Origin: Gemmatimonadota bacterium
Lineage (GTDB): Bacteria > JBHIER01 > G020348925
DNA: 64,000 nucleotides
Assembly (NCBI GenBank): GCA_020348925.1
Contig: CP070758.1
Location: 372,001-436,000, forward strand
Direction of reading: 5' to 3'
Numbering within the stretch: position 1 is the first letter of the stretch; every line of letters begins with the position of its first letter. A model generated the notes under the pieces. That model was given only the letters and a program-made list of their open reading frames with translations, had not been told where the DNA came from and did not search any database. Both the position numbers and the translations under genes were made by a program. Shown here piece by piece: positions 20,574 through 30,782 of the stretch.

Positions 20574-21926
20574 TCACACTTCCTGAACATTTATAGAATT
20601 ATTTAAATCATCAACGAGTCTTTTTAGGTCTGCCCTTTTTCCTGTTTCTTTTTCGATTGTTTGACAGGCATGAATTACAGTACTGTGATCTCGGCCTCCA
20701 AAATAAAGACCTATAGATTTTAATGATTGGTTCGTAAGTTTTTTTGACAGATACATTGCTATTTGCCGGGGTAAAACAACTTCTTTCTTCCTGGTCTTCG
20801 CTTTAAGAATATCTTCTGGGAGTGAAAAGTACTGACATACGGATCTTTGAATGGATTCAATAGAAATTTGTTTGTAACCACTTTTAATAGTGTCTTTTAA
20901 AACTTCCTTGGCTAATGCGATATTAATCTCCGAACCTGTTATTGAAGAGAATGCAAGAAGTCGAATGAGAGAACCCTCCAGCTCTCTTATATTATTTATA
21001 ATATTTGATGCAATAAAGTTTATGACATCGTTCGAAACGGATAGTCCATCTTCCTCGGCCTTTTTTTGAAGAATGGCAATCCGTGTTTCCAAATCAGGGG
21101 GCTGAATATCCGTTACAAGCCCCCACTGGACACGAGAGATAAGTCTCTCTTCAAGACCCTTTAATTCTCTGGGCGGTCTATCCGAGGTGAGAACAATTTG
21201 CTTTCCCTCTTGATGAAGAGTATTGAAGGTATGAAAAAACTCCTCCTGTGTTCTCTCTTTATTAATAAAAAAATGTATATCATCAACGAGGAGAACATCC
21301 ACGTTTCTGTAATATTGGCTGAACTCAGACGTCTTGTTGTTCTGAATGGAATTTATGAATTCAATGGTGAACCTTTCCGAAGAGACATAGATAAGTTTAT
21401 TTGAAGGTGTCTCGGAATGAATAAAATTACCTATTGCTTGAATGATGTGTGTTTTTCCGAGACCAACGCCACCATAGATAACAAGAGGATTAAATTTTGT
21501 ACGCCCTGGCGCCTCGGCCACAGCAAGTGAAGCCGCTTGCGCAAATTGATTGCTTGGGCCAACAACGAACGTATCGAAACGATAGCGTGGATTGAGTTGG
21601 TTATCTCCAGAGTTCTGTTTTGTCTTGGGAAAAGCGTGGCTTCTTTTAACCGGAGTATTGCTTTCTTGTCTTCTCTGAGATGGGACAGTGAAGGAAAGCG
21701 AGCATTGGACTCCGGTAACCTCTTTGACTATATTCTCAATAATTGCATGATAATGTTCTTCAAGCCAGTCGCAGAAAAACTGATTTGGTACTTGCACAGT
21801 CAAAGAGTCACCGGAATACAATATTCCTTTTGTTGGCTTAAACCACGTCTCGAAGCTTTGTTTATTAACACGTTCTTTAATACGCTCGAGACACGTTTGC
21901 CAAACTTCACCAGAGCTATTATTCAT
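20574..21926 (-). CDS. dnaA: Chromosomal replication initiator DnaA
   Basis: LNPRYRFDTFVVG, NPLVIYGGVGLGKTH, LLVDDIHF, TQEEFFHTFN, RELEG, FGGRDHSTVIHA. Confidence 0.99.
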   Translation of the reverse strand: MNNSSGEVWQTCLERIKERVNKQSFETWFKPTKGILYSGDSLTVQVPNQFFCDWLEEHYHAIIENIVKEVTGVQCSLSFTVPSQRRQESNTPVKRSHAFPKTKQNSGDNQLNPRYRFDTFVVGPSNQFAQAASLAVAEAPGRTKFNPLVIYGGVGLGKTHIIQAIGNFIHSETPSNKLIYVSSERFTIEFINSIQNNKTSEFSQYYRNVDVLLVDDIHFFINKERTQEEFFHTFNTLHQEGKQIVLTSDRPPRELKGLEERLISRVQWGLVTDIQPPDLETRIAILQKKAEEDGLSVSNDVINFIASNIINNIRELEGSLIRLLAFSSITGSEINIALAKEVLKDTIKSGYKQISIESIQRSVCQYFSLPEDILKAKTRKKEVVLPRQIAMYLSKKLTNQSLKSIGLYFGGRDHSTVIHACQTIEKETGKRADLKRLVDDLNNSINVQEV

Positions 21927-21948
21927 TTTAATTTATGGCCTTAGAGAG

Positions 21949-22207
21949 TTTTCCAGAAATTATCCACATTAAAAAACTTTTTAATTTTGTTCAAAGACAA
22001 TTACTCTGCAACAAAAAGCACACGACACAAAAAGTTATCCACTAATTTTAAACACACAGACAGAACACACAACTTATCGAAAAACAACAACATATTATAA
22101 TTTAAGTTTCAACGAGCAATAAGTTTTCAACAATATTTCTGGAAAAAAAGACCTATAATTCAAGCAATAAAGAATAGAGAATTGAAATTATCCACAAGTT
22201 ATCAACA
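21949..22207. promoter_or_regulatory. DnaA-box cluster upstream of dnaA (second oriC part / autoregulation)
   Basis: TTATCCACA at 21960-21968 and 22188-22196; one-mismatch boxes at 21949, 22035, 22124 and 22199. Confidence 0.85.
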
Positions 22208-22235
22208 CAAAGCCTCCCAAGTATTTCAAGGCTTC

Positions 22236-22264
22236 AATCTAGCTCTTTTTGTGTGCCTTGTCAA
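22236..22264 (-). promoter_or_regulatory. Putative sigma70 promoter of dnaA
   Basis: Minus strand TTGACA-N17-TAGATT, upstream of the DnaA-box-containing leader. Confidence 0.6.
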
Positions 22265-22614
22265 GTTAAAAATTTAAAAAAATTGCACATTCTGCGGGGC
22301 AGAGAAATAATTAAGCGAGAGAAAAGCATACCATGGATTTTTAAAAAATTGAGAGAGCGATCATTATATATTGAGCGTCTCGTAACTAAGCCTCAAACTC
22401 AAAAAGTTATTAAAAAGAGCGAGGAAAGATGCGGAGCAGAAAAAAACTCCGTCGATAAGGTTTATTCATCGGAACCACATCAACAGGGAATCCCTTAGGG
22501 TCAGCGAGATGAATTCTCGTAAGAAATGAGGGCAGGATTTGTATAAGAAAGATCTGCAAGTGTTATTTTTGTCTGTGTAGTATTCAGGAATAAAGATTTT
22601 GGAGGATAAAAAGC

Positions 22615-22643
22615 TTGACTTTGATTGAAAAAGAATTTAGCTT
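22615..22643 (+). promoter_or_regulatory. Putative sigma70 promoter of the rpmH operon
   Basis: TTGACT-N17-TAGCTT, 43 bp before the rpmH ATG. Confidence 0.55.
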
Positions 22644-22685
22644 TTTAATTTTGCCAAACTTAAACGTATAGAAACAGGAGGAGTT

Positions 22686-22820
22686 ATGAAGAGGACGTTT
22701 CAGCCGAGCAACAGAAAAAGGAAAAACAAACACGGCTTTCGTAAAAGAATGAGTACGAAGTCAGGCCGTGCTATTCTTAACCACAGGAGAAGTAAGGGCA
22801 GAAGTACGCTATCTGCATAG
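22686..22820 (+). CDS. rpmH: 50S ribosomal protein L34 (not in the supplied ORF track)
   Basis: [53 protein letters not shown]. Confidence 0.98.
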   Translation: MKRTFQPSNRKRKNKHGFRKRMSTKSGRAILNHRRSKGRSTLSA

Positions 22821-22831
22821 AGAGTAAATGG

Positions 22832-23176
22832 ATGCCAACTTTTCCAAAGAACGAAAGGTTGAGGAGAACAGGAGATTTCTCGGCAGTATTTCGGGAGAAA
22901 AAGCACATCGACGGGAAAAACATTTCTCTTTTCGTTCGAAAAAACAGACAATCAGAGAGTCGTATTGGAATCGTAGTAAGCAAGAGAGTCGGAAACGCGG
23001 TCCAAAGGAACAGAATCAAGCGCCAGCTTCGGGAATCATACCGCATCCATAAGTATATATTAGAAGAGAACATGGACGTCGTACTCATCGCGAAGCCGAG
23101 TATTATCAAGGCAGGCAATAGAAATATAAATACAGAGGTACTAAATCTGCTGCAATGTATTCACCAAAAAATGTGA
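22832..23176 (+). CDS. rnpA: Ribonuclease P protein component
   Basis: ERLRRTGDF, RIGIVVSKRVGNAVQRNRIKRQLRE. Confidence 0.97.
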   Translation: MPTFPKNERLRRTGDFSAVFREKKHIDGKNISLFVRKNRQSESRIGIVVSKRVGNAVQRNRIKRQLRESYRIHKYILEENMDVVLIAKPSIIKAGNRNINTEVLNLLQCIHQKM

Positions 23177-23382
23177 TGAAAAGCGCTTTCTTGAAGGGAC
23201 TCAGACTCTATCAGATAGTAATTTCTCCAATGTTACCATCGCAATGCCGGTTTTACCCAACGTGTTCGCAATATGCCATCGATGCTTTGCATAAATATGG
23301 TGTAAAGAGAGGAATTTTCAAGACAATTCGACGTATTTTACGCTGCCAGCCGTTCCATCCAGGTGGATTCGATCCCGCATAG
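23176..23382 (+). CDS. yidD: Membrane protein insertion efficiency factor YidD
   Basis: YQIVISP..CRFYPTCSQYA..RILRCQPFHPGGFDP. Confidence 0.95.
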   Translation: MKSAFLKGLRLYQIVISPMLPSQCRFYPTCSQYAIDALHKYGVKRGIFKTIRRILRCQPFHPGGFDPA

Positions 23383-23409
23383 CATTATTCAATTCGTGAC
23401 GGAGGATTT

Positions 23410-25089
23410 ATGGATAAAAAAGCAATAATTGCTTTTGTTATAATAGGTTTGCTTATTATTATGTATCCCTACTATTTGAAGGTGATAGCACCGCCCCGGA
23501 GCGAGTTCGCACCAGAAGTGGCGCCTGAACAGAGGGGTGTGTCGCGTGACTCGACGAAGTCCACGGAAGAATCGATTCTGTCAAACGCTCTTTTGGATGA
23601 AAAGATTGAAGAGGCCGAAGCCCTTTTCACTTCTGATGACACTTTGGGAATTAAAAAAGAAATTGTCGTTGATACAGATCTCTACAGGGCCAGAATCTCG
23701 ACTTTGGGTGGAACAATACAAAGCTGGCAACTCAAGTTTTTTGAAGGTCTTCAGGGAGAATGGGTGGAGCTAGTGCCAGATAAGGCGACAGGAGCGCTTG
23801 CCATAATAATGAATACGAATGCCGGAGCAATAGACCTTTCAAATTATGTTTTTTCGTGTGAAACCGAAAATGTATTAATTGACAGAAATAATCCCAGCCA
23901 ATCGATTCAGATGGTCCTTCAGCTTCAAAACGGGAGGAGGGTGGAGAAAGAGTTCACGTTCCGGCAAGGACAATATTCCTTTGAACTCAAGATTCTTATT
24001 GAAGGTTTTGAGAATCTCGTTCCGACAAGAGAATACGAACTGATCTGGAAACCGGGGCTCATGTTCACTGAGAAGGATGTGAAAGAGGATATGTCAAAAA
24101 TGGCTGTTTTTGCCTTGATGGGAGATGCTGTTGCAAAATATGATTTTGGAAGAAAAGAACAGACCTTAGAGCGAAAGGAGGACGGGGCAACGAATTGGGT
24201 AGGCATAAGGACGAAATATTTTTTAATGTCAATGATATCTCGAATAGAACAGGCCAAAGGTCTTATGGTTCGAGGGACGAAAAGGAGAGTGCATGAGGGA
24301 AAGAATGCTGTGGACATAGAGACCTTCGAAACAGCACTCCGGATGCCTCTACATTCTAATGGGCCGACAGGCCATAACTTTGAGATCTATATTGGACCGC
24401 AAGATTATTCTTTGCTGCGAAAGTATGGGGTCGGTTTAGAGGGCTGTATGGATATGGGGTGGGCTCTTATTCAACCGGTGAGTCGATTAATCCTTGCCTT
24501 TTTTGTTTTCTTACATCGATTCATTCCCAATTATGGTCTGATCATCATTATCTTTTCCATTGTACTCAAGATAGTCTTTTATCCTTTAACACATAAACAG
24601 TTAGAAGCAACGAGGAAGATGCAACAGCTCCAGCCGCAGCTGGCGGCTCTGAAAGAGAAGTATAAAAATGATCCACAACGCCTCAACAAGGAAACGATGG
24701 CCTTATACAAAAAGGGTGGGGCGAATCCACTGGGGGGATGTTTCCCTCTCCTTCTGCAAATGCCCATCTTCTTCGCGCTTTTTTCGGTTTTTCGGAGCAC
24801 GATCGAATTGAGGCGAGCGGGGTTCGTATTTTGGATTAAAGATCTCTCCGTCAAGGATCCCTATTTGGTTCTGCCCATAATTATGGCCGTCACGATGTTT
24901 ATTCAACAGAAAATGACCGTGAAGGATCCGAAGCAGGCAGCCATGGTCTATCTCATGCCCGCCATAATGTTCTTCTTCTTCATGAATTTTGCATCGGGCC
25001 TGGTTCTCTACTGGACAGTTTTCAATGTTCTTTCCATTATCCAACAGCTCTTTATCGAGAGAAAAGAGGCGGTTGGTTCTCAGAAATAA
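23410..25089 (+). CDS. yidC: Membrane protein insertase YidC (long periplasmic-domain type)
   Basis: N-terminal TM, large periplasmic domain, NYGLIII, NPLGGCFPLLLQMPIFFALF, WIKDLS..DP, GLVLYW. Confidence 0.97.
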   Translation: MDKKAIIAFVIIGLLIIMYPYYLKVIAPPRSEFAPEVAPEQRGVSRDSTKSTEESILSNALLDEKIEEAEALFTSDDTLGIKKEIVVDTDLYRARISTLGGTIQSWQLKFFEGLQGEWVELVPDKATGALAIIMNTNAGAIDLSNYVFSCETENVLIDRNNPSQSIQMVLQLQNGRRVEKEFTFRQGQYSFELKILIEGFENLVPTREYELIWKPGLMFTEKDVKEDMSKMAVFALMGDAVAKYDFGRKEQTLERKEDGATNWVGIRTKYFLMSMISRIEQAKGLMVRGTKRRVHEGKNAVDIETFETALRMPLHSNGPTGHNFEIYIGPQDYSLLRKYGVGLEGCMDMGWALIQPVSRLILAFFVFLHRFIPNYGLIIIIFSIVLKIVFYPLTHKQLEATRKMQQLQPQLAALKEKYKNDPQRLNKETMALYKKGGANPLGGCFPLLLQMPIFFALFSVFRSTIELRRAGFVFWIKDLSVKDPYLVLPIIMAVTMFIQQKMTVKDPKQAAMVYLMPAIMFFFFMNFASGLVLYWTVFNVLSIIQQLFIERKEAVGSQK

Positions 25090-25498
25090 GGGACACAGTT
25101 TCGGCTTTGAGGGAATATATCCTCGATGGCTTAACCATATAGAAGAATAGAAGACAGGGACCATCCTCAAGACAACACATCTCGTCGATGCACATCGAGA
25201 GGAGAGAACATCTCCACGAATCGCTTTAAAATCGATATTACTGAAACGGCCAATGAGGTCTTTTAAGATTGATCAGCAATTATACCATGCAAGGTAGACT
25301 TATTAAGGGCGTGCCGTGATCGTAACAGGTAACGGGCACACAAAGAGGATACGTTTTTTGGCCAGGTTGGAATTAGAGGTTGGTCAAAACAGATATAAGT
25401 TAAAACAAATAAATACAAAATGTTATTCATATTGAAAGAGGACCGGAGGAGTGAATATTTGAACTGGGCATCACCGCCCATTTTTTTCGTAAAGTGCG

Positions 25499-26872
25499 AT
25501 GTTTGAAGATACAATTGCGGCAATTTCGACTCCTCCCGGAGAAGGAGGAATTTCAATAGTAAGAATGAGCGGCCCCAAGGCCCTAACCATTGCTGACGGC
25601 CTCTTTCGGGGTGATAGACGCCCATCACAATCACCGTCACACAGAATCCTATATGGGCATGTATTGGAGCTCGAGGCAAAGAGAATTATCGACGAAGTTC
25701 TCCTTATGGTGATGAGGGCTCCAAGGACCTATACCGCCGAGGATATGGTGGAGATAAACTGCCATGGCGGATACCTGGTCAGTCGAAATGTACTGGAAGT
25801 CGTTTTGAAATGCGGAGCTCGTTTGGCTGAACCGGGAGAATTCACAAGGCGGGCATTTTTAAATGGCAGGATCGATCTGACTCAGGCGGAAGCCGTTTTG
25901 GATATTATTCGGTCGAGAACAGGGGAGGGATTACGGCTTGGGGTGGAACAGCTTGAAGGAAGTCTGCTGAGGGAACTGGAAGCACTTCGGCACCACTTGG
26001 TCCAGATATTAACACAATTGGAAGTGGCAGTCGACTTTTCGGAAAGCGACATACAGATTGCACAAAGGGATATGTTGATCACGGCTCTTGAAAAAATCCT
26101 GTGCAGGATCGGCGATCTTCTGCAAACCAGCTCATCGGGAAAACTTATTCGAGAGGGCGCGAGACTGGCCATTGTGGGGAAACCGAATGTCGGTAAGTCG
26201 AGCCTGCTTAACGCGTTATTGAAAGAGGACAGAGCCATTGTATCCCCTTTGCCGGGGACGACACAGGATACTATTGAGGAGTGGCTGGATATTGAGGGCC
26301 TTCCACTCCGGGTCATTGATACTGCAGGCTTGGGTACAACAGCAAACGTAATAGAGGAGGAGGGAAAGCGAAGAACAGAAGAGAGGATTTACCAGGCCGA
26401 TCTCGTCATCTTCATGCTGGACGGATCGATCCCAATGGATGAGAGGGACGATAGTATTGCTCAGCGCTTGGAGGGGAAAAAATACTTGACGGTTATCAAT
26501 AAAATTGATCTGGAGCAGCGTTTGGAATCTGACGGTCTTCAAAATTCGAAGAGGGATTTGTACATAAGGATATCTGCTCTTCACGGGCAGGGGCTTGAGG
26601 AGTTAAAGAGATCAATCCTTGATGCTGTCCTTAGCGGGCACTCCGTTCCTTCGGAAGGTGTGGTTGTAACCCGCCTTCGCCATCGTGACGCTTTGATGAG
26701 GGCGAAGATCTCCCTTGAGCAGGCGGTCAAAACCTTAACGGATGGACTCTCGGAAGAGTTTGTGGCAGTGGATATTAGAGATGCCCTGGCGACGCTTGGC
26801 GAGATAACCGGGCAAACGACAAGCGAGGACATATTGAACAGGATATTCTCGGAGTTTTGCGTTGGGAAATGA
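25499..26872 (+). CDS. mnmE: tRNA modification GTPase MnmE
   Basis: DTIAAISTPPGEGGISIVRMSG, GEFTRRAFLNGRIDL, GKPNVGKSSLLN, DTAG, NKID, FCVGK. Confidence 0.98.
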   Translation: MFEDTIAAISTPPGEGGISIVRMSGPKALTIADGLFRGDRRPSQSPSHRILYGHVLELEAKRIIDEVLLMVMRAPRTYTAEDMVEINCHGGYLVSRNVLEVVLKCGARLAEPGEFTRRAFLNGRIDLTQAEAVLDIIRSRTGEGLRLGVEQLEGSLLRELEALRHHLVQILTQLEVAVDFSESDIQIAQRDMLITALEKILCRIGDLLQTSSSGKLIREGARLAIVGKPNVGKSSLLNALLKEDRAIVSPLPGTTQDTIEEWLDIEGLPLRVIDTAGLGTTANVIEEEGKRRTEERIYQADLVIFMLDGSIPMDERDDSIAQRLEGKKYLTVINKIDLEQRLESDGLQNSKRDLYIRISALHGQGLEELKRSILDAVLSGHSVPSEGVVVTRLRHRDALMRAKISLEQAVKTLTDGLSEEFVAVDIRDALATLGEITGQTTSEDILNRIFSEFCVGK

Positions 26873-26880
26873 GGGATGAA

Positions 26881-26896
26881 TGTTCCACGTGGAACA
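26881..26896. promoter_or_regulatory. parS centromere site
   Basis: Perfect palindrome TGTTCCACGTGGAACA. Confidence 0.9.
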
Positions 26897-26927
26897 TTCT
26901 GAGTTGTGTTAGTCCAAAGTTCGGAGT

Positions 26928-28814
26928 ATGATCAAGCATCCCCAAAATTATGATGTTATTATCGTCGGCGGCGGTCATGCCGGGTGTGAGGCTGCTTTGG
27001 CCACCTCAAGAATGGATTATCCCACCCTTTTACTCACCATGAATTATGATTCAATTGGCCAGATGTCCTGCAATCCGGCCATTGGTGGACTGGCAAAGAG
27101 CCACCTGGTGAGGGAGATTGATGCCTTGGGTGGCGAAATGGGAAAAGTTGCGGATGAGACAGCCATACAATTCCGTATGTTAAATACAGGGAAAGGGCCA
27201 GCCGTTTGGGCTTTGCGAGCGCAAGTGGACCGAACAGCCTACCGGCTTGCGATGCGGAGCCGGCTAGAGGTTCAAAAGAATTTGGAGATCAAGCAGGCCA
27301 ATGTGGAACGAATTGAGGTTAACAATGGTGCTGTTCAAGGTGTTTGGACGAACACAGGGGTGTTCTACCGCGGAAATACGGTCATTCTGACGACCGGGAC
27401 ATTTCTGAATGGACTCATACATATTGGACTCATCAGCTATTCGTCAGGAAGGGCAGGGGAATTTGCCTCTTTGGGACTCTCTGAAAGTTTGAAAGACCTT
27501 GGCCTTCGTATCGGTAGACTGAAGACGGGAACACCGCCGCGAATTGATGGAAAAACGATCGATTTTACGAAAGTTGAAGCTCAATGCGGCGATGACACCC
27601 CTTCATTCTTCTCGTATCAGACGAGAGGGAGGAAAAAAGAGCAGGTGCAATGCTATATCACATCTACTCAAAAAAGAACCCACGAGGTCATTCGAAGCGG
27701 TCTCGACCGTTCTCCCTTATACACGGGTGTCATAGTAGGGAAAGGTCCGAGGTACTGCCCGTCAATCGAAGATAAAGTTGTACGTTTTGCCGATAAGGAC
27801 AGCCATCAGATTATCTTAGAGCCTGAGGGTCTTGGGACAAACGAATTTTATGTGAACGGATTTGCCACGTCCCTCCCTGAAGAAATACAAACGGAGGCCC
27901 TCCACACTATTCTTGGCCTTGAGAAAGCAACCATCATCCGTCCAGGATATGCTATTGAGTATGACTATGTGCCTCCTACGCAGAGTTATCCGTGGTTAGA
28001 GACGAAGAAAGTTCGGAACCTCTTTTTGGCCGGTCAGATCAATGGCACTTCGGGATACGAGGAAGCTGCAGCCCAAGGTCTTATGGCCGGAATCAATGTG
28101 GCGTTACGATTGAGAGGCGAAGAGCCCTTTCTTCTGAAACGCTCCGAGGCTTACATCGGTGTCCTTATCGATGATCTCGTGACGAAAGGGACGGAGGAAC
28201 CCTATCGCATGTTCACCTCCCGGGCAGAAAACAGGCTTCTTCTTCGTCAGGACAATGCTGATCAACGACTTATGGGATACGGCCATCGCTTTGGCCTCAT
28301 ACCGGCCGAGGTTTATCGGGAATGCGAACAGAGGTTGAATAACATACAGGAGGAGCGAAGATGTCTTGAAAGAACTTTTGTCTCTCCTGAACAGGCAAAT
28401 CGTTTTCTCAGCTTGAATTGTGGCGTTGCTCTGACCCAATCGCAATCTCTTTCGCAGTTGCTAAGACGCCCCGAAGTACATTACAGGGATCTCGTTCCCT
28501 TGCTCCCATCAGGGGACCATCTTCCTCTTGATGTACAAAGGAGGGTTGAGATCGAAGTAAAGTATGAGGGTTACATAAAACGACAGTTGGAGCAAGTAAA
28601 GAAAATAGAGCGCATGGAGGAAAAAAAGATACCTCCGGGATTGGACTATGCACATCTTCATGCTCTCTCAGCGGAGGCCAGGGAGAAGCTCCAAGAGGTT
28701 GCGCCACTGTCAATTGGGCAAGCCGCCAGAATATCGGGGGTGACGCCTTCGGATGTTTCCATATTGTTGGTGTGCTTGGAAAAAATGCGGCGCGAGAAAA
28801 AGGCGGTGACATGA
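26928..28814 (+). CDS. mnmG: tRNA uridine 5-carboxymethylaminomethyl modification enzyme MnmG (GidA)
   Basis: GGGHAGCEAA, MSCNPAIGG, RLKTGTPPR, GPRYCPSIEDK, AGQINGTSGYEEAAAQG. Confidence 0.99.
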   Translation: MIKHPQNYDVIIVGGGHAGCEAALATSRMDYPTLLLTMNYDSIGQMSCNPAIGGLAKSHLVREIDALGGEMGKVADETAIQFRMLNTGKGPAVWALRAQVDRTAYRLAMRSRLEVQKNLEIKQANVERIEVNNGAVQGVWTNTGVFYRGNTVILTTGTFLNGLIHIGLISYSSGRAGEFASLGLSESLKDLGLRIGRLKTGTPPRIDGKTIDFTKVEAQCGDDTPSFFSYQTRGRKKEQVQCYITSTQKRTHEVIRSGLDRSPLYTGVIVGKGPRYCPSIEDKVVRFADKDSHQIILEPEGLGTNEFYVNGFATSLPEEIQTEALHTILGLEKATIIRPGYAIEYDYVPPTQSYPWLETKKVRNLFLAGQINGTSGYEEAAAQGLMAGINVALRLRGEEPFLLKRSEAYIGVLIDDLVTKGTEEPYRMFTSRAENRLLLRQDNADQRLMGYGHRFGLIPAEVYRECEQRLNNIQEERRCLERTFVSPEQANRFLSLNCGVALTQSQSLSQLLRRPEVHYRDLVPLLPSGDHLPLDVQRRVEIEVKYEGYIKRQLEQVKKIERMEEKKIPPGLDYAHLHALSAEAREKLQEVAPLSIGQAARISGVTPSDVSILLVCLEKMRREKKAVT

Positions 28815-29542
28815 AAGGTGTTTCACGTGAAACATTTGATGTCGATAAACAGATTCAACAATTGGCCGAGGGGTGTTCGGCGTTTGGGATAACACTCGGC
28901 GGTGAGAGGAAGAGGAAATTCTGTGACTATCTTGAGGAGCTTCTCGAATGGAATCGCAGAGTGAATCTCGTGTCGCGCCAAGACACCGAAAATATTGCTT
29001 TACATCATTTTCTCGACTCCCTCAGCTTTCTTCCCAACATCGAAATCCCTCAAGAAGCGAGGATGATCGATGTCGGCACCGGGGCTGGATTTCCTGGCAT
29101 ACCCTTGAAGATCTGTTGCCCAGATCTCAGGCTCACCCTGGTTGAATCGACGCGCAAAAAAGTACTTTTTTTGAAGCATATTATTGATACCCTGAGATTG
29201 TCCGGTGTATCCGTTCTTCACGAGCGCGCCGAAGCCCTTCATCAGGACTCGAAATATCGTGATAATTTTGATATTGTGGTTGCAAGGGCAGTATCACCTT
29301 TACGGTCTCTCACTTTGCTGTGCCTACCGTTCTTGAAGCCCGGAGGTAAGTTTGTCGCCTATAAAGGGGGTGATGTTCGAGGAGAACTGCGGGAAGCCAG
29401 ACTTGAGTTGTCAAAAATATCGGGACGATTCGAGAGAGAAATAGATGTCTTCTTGCCGCTATCGAACAGGAAGAGACAACTTATTGTTTTCACGAAAGCC
29501 CATAAAGAGAGAAATGGAGATGCCATTCTGTCCAAATTGTAA
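28811..29542 (+). CDS. rsmG: 16S rRNA m7G527 methyltransferase RsmG (GidB)
   Basis: WNRRVNL, HFLDSL, DVGTGAGFPGIPL, RAE, ARAV. Confidence 0.96.
   Translation: MKGVSRETFDVDKQIQQLAEGCSAFGITLGGERKRKFCDYLEELLEWNRRVNLVSRQDTENIALHHFLDSLSFLPNIEIPQEARMIDVGTGAGFPGIPLKICCPDLRLTLVESTRKKVLFLKHIIDTLRLSGVSVLHERAEALHQDSKYRDNFDIVVARAVSPLRSLTLLCLPFLKPGGKFVAYKGGDVRGELREARLELSKISGRFEREIDVFLPLSNRKRQLIVFTKAHKERNGDAILSKL
28819..28834. promoter_or_regulatory. parS centromere site inside the rsmG 5' coding region
   Basis: Perfect consensus TGTTTCACGTGAAACA. Confidence 0.9.
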
Positions 29543-29861
29543 ATCCGAGTACATTGAGGGGATTACGGCGTGCTCTGAATGCCACGTGCCATTAGTGGAT
29601 GAGCTTGCCGTTGCAACCCGAGAAGCGGATGTTGAGGAAAAGTTTGCTCTTCTTCATACGTTCCCAAGTATTGTCTATGCCGAGATGATTAAAGAAGCCC
29701 TTGAAAAGAGAGGCATCGCCTGCCTTATGAAATCTGATATGCTCACCTCAGCCTATGGCTCAAAGGGCGGAGGGGTGTTTTCGAAGGTTAGAATCTATGT
29801 ACCAGAGAATAGGCTGAAAGAGAGCGACGAGATTATGAACCAAATGCTCGATCATATTTAA
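29520..29861 (+). CDS. Zinc-ribbon + DUF2007-like (putative signal-transducing) protein
   Basis: MPFCPNCKSEY..G...CSECHVPLV; AEMIKEALEKRGI; VRIYVPE. Confidence 0.75.
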   Translation: MPFCPNCKSEYIEGITACSECHVPLVDELAVATREADVEEKFALLHTFPSIVYAEMIKEALEKRGIACLMKSDMLTSAYGSKGGGVFSKVRIYVPENRLKESDEIMNQMLDHI

Positions 29862-29915
29862 TTCACATAATATTAGATATCAGATAAAGAGATGTGTCAG
29901 TTTAACCGGCTCATC

Positions 29916-30782
29916 CTAATCGAGCTTCACCGCCAGAACCACTGACTTTTTCACCCTGTCCAAGACCCCCATCTCGGCATTTATTGCCTCTAAATACAAG
30001 ATATAGACTCCCGTTCTCAGCTTTTCACCTTTACCGTTTGTGCCGTTCCAGATAACAGATCCAGCACTGCCACTCAGTTCCTGGTCAATAAGCCTTCTCA
30101 CGAGACGCCCTCGGATATCGTAAATTTCCAGCTTCAGGAGAGCTCTTGGGACAGTGAGTTTGTAGGAGATGGTTGTCTTCGTATCAAAGGGGTCGGGCTC
30201 GACCCAAACTGTGGCCTTGCGAAAAGGGACAGAAAAATAAATACTATTTGGCGCACAGAGAGTTGCCAGAGAAACCGAGACGCATGTTGACCATGTCCGA
30301 GGACTCTGAGAGGACCAATCGGGATGGATCCGCTCCAGAGATTTGCCGTCTCCTCCGCCCCATTGATCATCATACTCAAGAGCGTCAATGGATGTTCCAG
30401 TGGCATCTCGCAAGACGATGAGGTCTCCGCCGTTGTTCAACTTTGACCAACCGTTGAGGGGTTGAATGATTGGACAAGAAACATCTGGATTTTGGGCATA
30501 AAGGCCTGAAGAATCCTGGGTGACACATACATAACTGTTTGATTCTATTAGAATTGGAATTAATGAAAGGATGCGGGGCCGGGTCGAGTCAGCATCTTCT
30601 AAGGTCCATCCAGTGAGATCAATGGGCACAGTGCTCTTATTATAAATTTCGATCCATTCCGGCTCACCACGCTGAGGGGCGTACATTATTTCATTTATTA
30701 CGACAGCTGTGGAATCACAACAGGCTGTGCAAAAACCACACAGGAATAAAATAGTGGTGACTGTTATTATGATACCGACCAT
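29916..30782 (-). CDS. Secreted lamin-tail-domain protein with FlgD-Ig/T9SS-like C-terminal domain
   Basis: VVINEIMYAP..EPEWIEIYN..IDLTGWTL, LNNGGD.IVL, SLERI; C-terminal PDPF..TTISY..LEIYDIRGRLVRRL..WNG..TGVYI. Confidence 0.8.
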   Translation of the reverse strand: MVGIIITVTTILFLCGFCTACCDSTAVVINEIMYAPQRGEPEWIEIYNKSTVPIDLTGWTLEDADSTRPRILSLIPILIESNSYVCVTQDSSGLYAQNPDVSCPIIQPLNGWSKLNNGGDLIVLRDATGTSIDALEYDDQWGGGDGKSLERIHPDWSSQSPRTWSTCVSVSLATLCAPNSIYFSVPFRKATVWVEPDPFDTKTTISYKLTVPRALLKLEIYDIRGRLVRRLIDQELSGSAGSVIWNGTNGKGEKLRTGVYILYLEAINAEMGVLDRVKKSVVLAVKLD

